The notes beneath the pieces were generated by a model that saw only the letters and a program-made list of their open reading frames with translations, ran no database searches and was not told the DNA's origin. A DNA stretch of 64,000 nt from Vicinamibacteria bacterium (GTDB taxonomy: Bacteria > Acidobacteriota > Vicinamibacteria > Marinacidobacterales > Marinacidobacteraceae): contig OY821641.1 in assembly GCA_963555995.3 (NCBI GenBank), positions 1,472,001 to 1,536,000 of the forward strand, read 5' to 3'. Numbering within the stretch: position 1 is the stretch's first letter; every line of letters begins with the position of its first letter. Below, piece after piece: positions 57,506 through 64,000 of the stretch. The translations under genes and the position numbers were made by a program.

Positions 57506-59407
57506 GTGCCTTCTTCCATCCGACTCCGCCTCCCCGACGGGGGCGAGGTGCAGCTTCCGGCGGGAGCGCCGCTTGCCGGGGTGGCCCCGGCCGCGGCGAT
57601 CGCCGCCACCGTGGACGGCCGGGAGGTGGACCTCACCCACTGTCCCGACGGCGATGCGGACGTGCGGTTCCTGACCCCGAAGGACTCCGACGGGCTCCAC
57701 GTGTTCCGCCACAGTTCGGCGCACCTGCTGGCCGCCGCGGTGAAGGACCTGTTCCCCGACGCCCGCTACGGGATCGGCCCCCCCATCGAGGACGGCTTCT
57801 TCTATGACTTCCAGGTCGAGGAACCCTTCTCCCGCGAGGATCTCGACCGCATCGAGGCGCGGATGCGCGAACTCGTGAAGGAGCGGGTGCCCTTCGAGCG
57901 CGAAATCCTCGACAAGGACGACGCCCTGCGGATCTTCGAGGAGCAGGGCGAACTCCTGAAGGTGGAACTGGTCCGCGAGAAAGGGGGCGAGCGCGTCTCC
58001 TGTTACCGGGTGGGGAGTTTCTTCGACTTCTGCGAGGGCCCCCACGTGCCGCACACCGGGGTGATCCGGGCGCTCAAGGTGCTGTCGAGTTCGAACGCCT
58101 ACTGGAAGGGAGACGCGCGCGGCATCCCCATGCAGCGGATCTACGCCACGAGCTTCACCGACCGGAAGGAGATGGCGGCCCACCTCTCCCGTCTCGAGGA
58201 GGCGAAGCGGCGCGACCACCGGCGGATCGGGCGCGATCAGCGGCTCTTCCTGATTCTCCCCGAGGCCCCGGGTCAGGTGTTCTGGCTTCCCGCCGGGATG
58301 GGGGTGGTGAACCGGCTGCTCGATTCCATGCGGGAGAAGCTGGACCGCCGGTCCTACCAGGAAATCCGGACCCCACTGATCCTGAACGAGTCCGTCTGGG
58401 CCCGGAGCGGCCATCTCGACCACTACCGGGACAACATGTTCTTCATCGAGTCCGACGAGAATCGTTTCGGCGTCAAGCCCATGAACTGCCCGGGGGCGGC
58501 GCTGGTCTACCGGTCGGACATCCGCTCCTACCGTGACCTGCCCCTCCGGCTCTCGGAATTCGGCCATTGCCACCGGTTCGAGCCCTCGGGAGTGCTCTCC
58601 GGCCTGACCCGGGTGCGGGCCTTCACCCAGGACGACGCGCACGTCTACTGCCGGCTCGATCAGGTCAAGGCAGAGGTCCGCGATCTCGTGGACCTGGTGA
58701 AGGAGGTCTACGGCGAGTTCGGATTCGAGGACATCCAGATCGAACTCTCGACCCGCCCCGACAAGTCGGTGGGAAGCCCCGAGACCTGGGAACGGGCGGA
58801 GGCGGCGCTCGCGGAAGCCCTCGCCGAGTCCGGAGACAACTGGTCGGTGAACCCGGGAGACGGCGCGTTCTACGGCCCGAAGATTGATTTCCACGTCCGG
58901 GACGCGCTCCGCCGCAGTCATCAGTGCGCGACCATCCAGCTCGACTTCTCCCAGGCGCCCGCGTTCGATCTGCACTACGCGACGGAGGATGGCGGGCGGG
59001 AGCGGCCGGTGGTGATCCACCGGGCCATTCTGGGTTCCGTGGAACGGTTCTTCGCGGTGCTGCTGGAGCACACCGGGGGAGCCCTTCCCGTGTGGATTGC
59101 GCCCGTCCAGGCGGTGCTGATCCCCATCGCCGACCGGCACCAGGCCGTCGCCGCCGAGGCGGCCGGGTATCTCCGGCGGCAGGGTTTCCGGGTGGAACTC
59201 GATGACCGCCGCGAAAAGATGGGCTACAAGATCCGCGAGGCCGAAGTCCGAAGGATTCCGTTCATGGCCGTCCTCGGCGACCGCGAAGTCGAGGACGGCA
59301 CGCTCGCGGTCCGCCAGCGGGGGAAACGGGACCAGGAAATCCTGACTCCGGCCGATTTCGCCGAGCGGCTCGAAGCGCTCGTCACGGCGCGGTCCCTGGC
59401 GCCGTGA
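57506..59407 (+). CDS. thrS: Threonine--tRNA ligase
   Basis: RHSSAHLLA, GPPIEDGFFYDF, CEGPHV, RDHRRIG, KPMNCPG, RVRAFTQDDAH, GAFYGPKID, IHRAILGS. Confidence 0.96.
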   Translation: MPSSIRLRLPDGGEVQLPAGAPLAGVAPAAAIAATVDGREVDLTHCPDGDADVRFLTPKDSDGLHVFRHSSAHLLAAAVKDLFPDARYGIGPPIEDGFFYDFQVEEPFSREDLDRIEARMRELVKERVPFEREILDKDDALRIFEEQGELLKVELVREKGGERVSCYRVGSFFDFCEGPHVPHTGVIRALKVLSSSNAYWKGDARGIPMQRIYATSFTDRKEMAAHLSRLEEAKRRDHRRIGRDQRLFLILPEAPGQVFWLPAGMGVVNRLLDSMREKLDRRSYQEIRTPLILNESVWARSGHLDHYRDNMFFIESDENRFGVKPMNCPGAALVYRSDIRSYRDLPLRLSEFGHCHRFEPSGVLSGLTRVRAFTQDDAHVYCRLDQVKAEVRDLVDLVKEVYGEFGFEDIQIELSTRPDKSVGSPETWERAEAALAEALAESGDNWSVNPGDGAFYGPKIDFHVRDALRRSHQCATIQLDFSQAPAFDLHYATEDGGRERPVVIHRAILGSVERFFAVLLEHTGGALPVWIAPVQAVLIPIADRHQAVAAEAAGYLRRQGFRVELDDRREKMGYKIREAEVRRIPFMAVLGDREVEDGTLAVRQRGKRDQEILTPADFAERLEALVTARSLAP

Positions 59408-59502
59408 GGAGCGGCGCGGGCGGTTCTCCGGCGGCCACCGCTGGCGTATCGGGCCCGAAGTGGCGATAATCCGCCGACCCGCCTGCGGTGCGGAGGTGAT
59501 CC

Positions 59503-60117
59503 ATCGATAGTTCTCTCAGGGTAAACGACCGAATACGAGCTCCCATCGTCCTGGTCATCGGCGAGGATGGCGAAAAACTAGGCGACTACGCCCTGATGGA
59601 TGCCCGGCGGCTGGCCGCCGACCGGGGACTCGATCTCGTCGAGATCGTGCCGAACCGGATCCCCCCGGTCTGCAAGATCATGAACTACGGCCGGTTCGTG
59701 TATCAGCAGAGCAAGAAATCGCAGGATTCCAAGCGACACCAGAAACAGAACCAGGTCAAGGAGGTCAAGTTCCGCATCATCATCGGAGAGCACGACCGCG
59801 CCACGAAGATGAAGCAGATCGAGCGTTTCCTCCATGAAGGTCACAAGGTCAAGGCCACGATCTGGTTCAAGCGGGCGCGCGAGCGGAGCCGCCGGGAACT
59901 CGGCGACCGCATCCTCGACGAGGTCACCGAGCAGCTCGCCGAGATCGCGGCCGTGGAGTCCCGGTCGAGCATCGTCGGCAACCAGATGAGCATGATCCTC
60001 GCTCCCAGCCGCCGCCTGCTCGAAGCGCTCCGGACCGAACGCGCCGGAAAGGCGGGGTCGGAAGACAACGCGCACGCGCCCCGAATCCGCCGCGCCCAGC
60101 GCGACGCAACCGGCTGA
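59503..60117 (+). CDS. infC: Translation initiation factor IF-3 with non-canonical ATC start
   Basis: GGAGGTGAT SD followed by in-frame [25 protein letters not shown]; also [24 protein letters not shown]. Confidence 0.9.
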   Translation: MDSSLRVNDRIRAPIVLVIGEDGEKLGDYALMDARRLAADRGLDLVEIVPNRIPPVCKIMNYGRFVYQQSKKSQDSKRHQKQNQVKEVKFRIIIGEHDRATKMKQIERFLHEGHKVKATIWFKRARERSRRELGDRILDEVTEQLAEIAAVESRSSIVGNQMSMILAPSRRLLEALRTERAGKAGSEDNAHAPRIRRAQRDATG

Positions 60118-60145
60118 ACCACACCACGCTTTCAGGAAGCCCATC

Positions 60146-60340
60146 ATGAAACTCAAGATGAAGACCCACCGCGGGGCCACCAAGCGGTTCCGCAAGACCG
60201 CCAGCGGCCGGGTCCGCCGCCGCTGCGCCTACCACAGCCACATTCTCACCAAGAAGTCCGCGAAGCGCCGCCGCCGCCTGCGCAGCGGGGCCTGGGTGTT
60301 CGAGGGCGAAGCGAAGATGATCGCCCGGATCATCGGTTGA
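60146..60340 (+). CDS. rpmI: 50S ribosomal protein L35
   Basis: [25 protein letters not shown]. Confidence 0.95.
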   Translation: MKLKMKTHRGATKRFRKTASGRVRRRCAYHSHILTKKSAKRRRRLRSGAWVFEGEAKMIARIIG

Positions 60341-60389
60341 CGGACGGAAATCGTTCCGTCCCCGCAACCGGAGAGTTGGAGAAGACACG

Positions 60390-60764
60390 ATGTCCCGAGT
60401 GAAACGCGGGACCCACCGGCGGGATCGGCGCCGGCGGGTTCTCAAACAGACCCGAGGCTACCGCGGGATGCGCGGCAAGCTCTATCGGCACGCAATGCAG
60501 GCGCTCGATCGCGCCCTTTCGTACGCCTACCGCGATCGCCGCACCCGGAAGCGTGATTTTCGCCGCCTGTGGATCACCCGCATCAGCGCCGCCTCCCGGG
60601 AGCGGGGTCTCCCCTACGCCCAGTTCGCGCACGGGCTGTCGCTCGCGGGGGTGGGGGTGAACCGGAAACAACTGGCGGAGCTCGCGGTGCACGATCCGGG
60701 GGCGTTCGACTGTCTGGTGGACCGGGCGCGGGAGGCGCTCTCGGCCGGGGCCGGTCCCGAATAG
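60390..60764 (+). CDS. rplT: 50S ribosomal protein L20
   Basis: MSRVKRG, YAYRDRR..KRDFRRLWITRI, NRKQLAELA. Confidence 0.96.
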   Translation: MSRVKRGTHRRDRRRRVLKQTRGYRGMRGKLYRHAMQALDRALSYAYRDRRTRKRDFRRLWITRISAASRERGLPYAQFAHGLSLAGVGVNRKQLAELAVHDPGAFDCLVDRAREALSAGAGPE

Positions 60765-60781
60765 GGACGTCCCGAGCTTTC

Positions 60782-61063
60782 GTGTCCGATCCCGCCGCCG
60801 TCGTCCGGGGCCTGCTCGCCGACATCGAGCGGGCCGAGACGACGTTCGAGACGGTCAGCGGCCGGATCGCCGCGGCGACGGACGCCAGCCTGCGCGAGGC
60901 CCAGCGGGAGCGGGACGCCCTCAGGGAAGGGGAGCAGGAGGCCAGGAGCCGGGCGGAGCGGGCCGAGCGGGCCGCCGCGATCCTTCGCGACGAACGGGAA
61001 GTCATCCGGAAGGCGCTCCGCGCCGTTACCGGGGGAGATGATTCCGGCGCGGAGCGGCGATGA
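60782..61063 (+). CDS. Small coiled-coil protein, ZapB-like
   Basis: All-helical heptad-rich 93 aa, coupled to zapA (ATGA overlap). GTG start inferred. Confidence 0.55.
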   Translation: MSDPAAVVRGLLADIERAETTFETVSGRIAAATDASLREAQRERDALREGEQEARSRAERAERAAAILRDEREVIRKALRAVTGGDDSGAERR

Positions 61064-61371
61064 GCGAGACCGTTGAAGTCGAAGTCGCCGGACGCTCGTA
61101 CCGGTTGCGCTCCGACGAGGGGGGAGCCGATCTCACGGCGGTCGCCCGGCTCGTGAATGAACGCATCGGGAAGATCCTTGAGGCGGCGCCGCAACTCGAA
61201 AAAGAAGAGGTCGCGATCCTCGCGGCGCTGAACATGGGGGACGAACTGCTGCGGCAGCGGGCGGCCGACGAGGCCGGACCGGCGGAGATCGAGGAGGCGG
61301 TGGCCGCCGTGCGGGGCCGGCTCGCCGAGCTCGTCCGGCGGATGGAAGCGATGACCTCTTCGCCGGACTGA
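61060..61371 (+). CDS. zapA: Cell division protein ZapA
   Basis: VEVEVAGRSYRL, VARLVNERI, AILAALNMGDEL. Confidence 0.85.
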   Translation: MSETVEVEVAGRSYRLRSDEGGADLTAVARLVNERIGKILEAAPQLEKEEVAILAALNMGDELLRQRAADEAGPAEIEEAVAAVRGRLAELVRRMEAMTSSPD

Positions 61372-61380
61372 CGCCGTTCG

Positions 61381-62496
61381 GTGGCGCGTGCCGGTTCGCG
61401 GGCCGTGGACAAGGCAAGACGCTTCACCGCAGTCGGAGAGGCGAGAAGCTGCGGAGATCGGTCAGAGGGCGCGGACCCGTTTGCGGAGCCGTCCACCGGC
61501 GAGGACCGCTTGCTCCGGCGCATCCTGGATGTCCTTCCGGCGCCTCCGGCGGGAGGCGGAGCGGAGGTCCCGCGCCTGATCCTGGGGCCGGGAGACGACG
61601 CGGCGGCGTTTGCCTGGCCCGGCGGCGGCACGCTCCTGCTGACGACGGACGCGGCCGAGGAGGGTGTCCACTTCGACCGCGGTCTTCATCCGCCGCGCGC
61701 CATCGGACGCCGGGCCGTCGCCGCCGCGGTGAGCGACATCGCGGCGATGGGCGGCCGGCCGGCCGGCACGCTCCTCTCACTCGTGACGCCGCCGTCCCGG
61801 GAGGCGGTCGCCGCCCGGATCGCCGAGGCGGCTGCCGAGCGGGCAACGGAGTTGGGAGCGCCGCTCGTGGGGGGCAACATCACCGCCGGGGAGCGGATCG
61901 GGCTCCACGTCACGGTCGCCGGCGCCGCGGCTCCGGGCGCCCCGCTCCTCCAGCGCCGGGGCGCGAAGCTGGGGGACGGCCTCTTCGTGACCGGAAACCT
62001 GGGCGGAGCGGCACTCGGTCTGGCCCTGTTGCGGCGGCGGACGGAGGGGGAGACCGCCCCCTTTGCCCCGGAAGAAGCAGCGCTGGTGGCCCGGCAACTG
62101 GATCCGGCCCCACGCCTCGCGGCGGGCGCGGCCCTCGCGGGGGCGGCGCACATGGGGATGGACATCTCGGACGGGTTGGCCCTCGATCTCCATCGTCTGA
62201 CCGCCGCCAGCGGCGTCGGGGCGCGCGTCGAGGAGACCCGGGTGCCGCTTGCCGGAGAGGGCGCCCGGGGTCTCGAGGCGGCGCTCTTCGGGGGCGAGGA
62301 CTACGAACTGCTGATCGCGGGGCCGCCGCAGGAGGTGTTTGCGGCGGCGGGCAGCGCGGGAATCGGGGTCACCCGGATAGGGTGGGTTACCGCGGCGGGC
62401 GAGGGGGTCCGGCTCGAGCGCGCTGACGGAGTCGCCGAGCCGCTGCCGCGCCGCGGGTGGGACTCGTGGGCCGGGGGGCGGCGGCCTCCGGAATAG
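61381..62496 (+). CDS. thiL: Thiamine-monophosphate kinase
   Basis: GPGDDAA, EGVHF, SDIAAMGG, MDISDGL, GGEDYELL. Start uncertain (61381 or 61405). Confidence 0.9.
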   Translation: MARAGSRAVDKARRFTAVGEARSCGDRSEGADPFAEPSTGEDRLLRRILDVLPAPPAGGGAEVPRLILGPGDDAAAFAWPGGGTLLLTTDAAEEGVHFDRGLHPPRAIGRRAVAAAVSDIAAMGGRPAGTLLSLVTPPSREAVAARIAEAAAERATELGAPLVGGNITAGERIGLHVTVAGAAAPGAPLLQRRGAKLGDGLFVTGNLGGAALGLALLRRRTEGETAPFAPEEAALVARQLDPAPRLAAGAALAGAAHMGMDISDGLALDLHRLTAASGVGARVEETRVPLAGEGARGLEAALFGGEDYELLIAGPPQEVFAAAGSAGIGVTRIGWVTAAGEGVRLERADGVAEPLPRRGWDSWAGGRRPPE

Positions 62497-63906
62497 CTAG
62501 CCGGTCAGGGCGGCGGCTGCCGAGAGGAGCGCGGCCTCCTCCCAGGGAGGCGCCATCAGCTCGACGCCGAAGGGCAGGCCGTCCCGCTCGCCGGCGGGGA
62601 TCGCGAGTGCGGGAAGCCCGGCCAGGGAAGCGAGGATCGTGAACCGGTCGCCGTCGTAGTCTGCGCCCGCCTCGACCGGATCGGACAGCCGCCGGGGCGC
62701 CGTCCGCGCGATGGGGACCAGCAGGAACTCCCCTCGCTCGAAGTGGCCGAGCAACCGCTCCCGGATCGCTGTCCGCGCCGCGGTGGCCGCCGCGTAGATG
62801 GCGTCCCGGTAGCCCTGCGAGAGAACCGTGGTCCCCAGCAGGACCCGCAGGCGGACCTCGTCCCCGAATCCGGAGGTCCGGCTCGCGCGGATCGTCGCGG
62901 CGAGGGTTCCGTCACCCTCCACACGGCTGCCGTAGCGCATGCCGTCGAAGCGGGCGAGGTTCGAACTGGCCTCCGCGCAGGCCAGGACGTAGTAGGCGGA
63001 GATGGTCGTGACCGCTTCCGGCAGTTGGAAGCGGTGGATCGTCGCTCCGCCCGCTTCGAGCCGGCGGAGCACCCGGTGGAACGCCCTCCGGGACTGGGGG
63101 TCCAGGATGGCGAGGTCCTCGTCGCTGCAGGCGGCGACGGTACGGGGGAAAGCGGGACGGGCGGCGGCCGTGGTGAAATCCGGGACCTCCCGAGCGACGC
63201 TCGTCGCATCGCGGGGGTCGGCGCCGGAGATGGTCGAAAGGACCCGTCCGAGATCGGTGACCTCGGCTGCGAGGCAGCCGACCTGATCGAAGGAGGATGC
63301 GTACGCCGTGATCCCGAACCGGGAGACACGCCCATAGGTGGGGCGGAGTCCGAAGATGCCGGTGTGCGCCGCCGGCAGCCGGACGGAGCCCCCGGTATCG
63401 GTTCCGAGAGCTACCGGGACCGCGCCGGAGGCGACGGCCGCCGCCGGACCTCCCGACGACCCGCCAACGATGCGCTCCAGGTCCACCGGGTTCCGGGTCG
63501 GGCCGCGATACCCGCTCGTGGTGGAGGAGCCCATGCCGAACTCGTCGAGGTTCGTGGTGCCGACAATCACCGCGCCGGCGCCCCGGAGGCGTTCCACCAC
63601 GGTGGCGTCGTAAGGCGCCCGGTAGTTGCGGAGGACGGCGGACCCGGAGGTTGACGGCAGCCCGCGGACCGCGATGTTGTCCTTCACCGCGACCGGGAGC
63701 CCGAAGAGGGGTCCCCGGGCGGCCGGCCGTTGCCGTTCGAGCCGCCGGGCGGTCGCGGTGGCCCCGTCCCGGTCGAGATGCAGGAACGCGTGGATGCCGC
63801 AGTCGACCTCTTCGGCGTTGTCGAGCGCGGCCGCGGTCGCCCCCACGACGTCGAGATCCCCGGGCGGGAGCGGGATGTCGGACGGTTCGCCCCCGGCGGC
63901 GGTCAC
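62497..63906 (-). CDS. gatA: Glutamyl/aspartyl-tRNA amidotransferase subunit A
   Basis: AVKDN, NLDEFGMGSS, GGSSGG, GTDTGGSVR, AEASSNLARFDGMRYG, GFGDEVRLRVLLGT. Confidence 0.88.
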   Translation of the reverse strand: MTAAGGEPSDIPLPPGDLDVVGATAAALDNAEEVDCGIHAFLHLDRDGATATARRLERQRPAARGPLFGLPVAVKDNIAVRGLPSTSGSAVLRNYRAPYDATVVERLRGAGAVIVGTTNLDEFGMGSSTTSGYRGPTRNPVDLERIVGGSSGGPAAAVASGAVPVALGTDTGGSVRLPAAHTGIFGLRPTYGRVSRFGITAYASSFDQVGCLAAEVTDLGRVLSTISGADPRDATSVAREVPDFTTAAARPAFPRTVAACSDEDLAILDPQSRRAFHRVLRRLEAGGATIHRFQLPEAVTTISAYYVLACAEASSNLARFDGMRYGSRVEGDGTLAATIRASRTSGFGDEVRLRVLLGTTVLSQGYRDAIYAAATAARTAIRERLLGHFERGEFLLVPIARTAPRRLSDPVEAGADYDGDRFTILASLAGLPALAIPAGERDGLPFGVELMAPPWEEAALLSAAAALTG

Positions 63907-64000
63907 GACCCGCCTCCGAGCACCCGCGGAACCTGGACGAAACGCTCGCCGCGCTCGGGAGCGAGTTCGAACGCCTTGCCGTCCGGAAAACCGTCCTGCG
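63903..64000 (-). CDS. gatC: GatC C-terminus (partial)
   Basis: Reads ...AFELAPERGERFVQVPRVLGGGS* and overlaps the gatA GTG. Confidence 0.7.
   Translation of the reverse strand, partial: QDGFPDGKAFELAPERGERFVQVPRVLGGGS

Noticed and set aside
59408-59490. L20 leader or attenuator upstream of infC
   Set aside because: Some GC pairing is possible, but no recognisable conserved leader motif or U-tract is present. This cannot be supported without a covariance search.

Overview
Very GC-rich bacterial chromosomal segment with dense coding. The gene repertoire and style suggest Acidobacteriota, but this is inference only. The left ~30 kb is an accessory catabolic/transport region: DUF885 protein, exported FAH-family protein, tandem DUF819 paralogues, GH2 and GH63-like glycosidases, S9 peptidase, toxin-antitoxin genes, fumC, etfBA, a TatT-containing TRAP (TPAT) transporter and a Tat-exported molybdoenzyme. 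The right ~34 kb is mostly housekeeping: nnr-tsaE, tatA, moeA-moaC-larE, ppiD-like, mreBCD-mrdA-rodA-rng, two OMP paralogues, degP, Na/Pi symporter, a PilB/GspE ATPase, tRNA-Val(GAC), thrS-infC-rpmI-rplT, zapA, thiL and gatCA. No transposase, integrase, cas gene or CRISPR array is visible. The most unusual signals are two non-coding repeat families. Family A is a REP/REPIN-like double-hairpin unit (about 16 copies, including a 3 x 83-bp tandem array) with covarying stems and GNA-type loops. Family B is a ~179-bp MITE-like element flanked by YTAR that sits exactly on stop codons in the mre operon, has a covarying internal fold and interchangeable termini, and includes one nested copy. Other notable points are a PilB ORF that runs antisense through the whole neighbouring gene, a moeA-moaC-larE-Zn-finger/MBL operon, a probable pseudo-sulfatase, and an ATC start codon for infC. 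All protein calls come from motif recognition by eye; no database searches were run.
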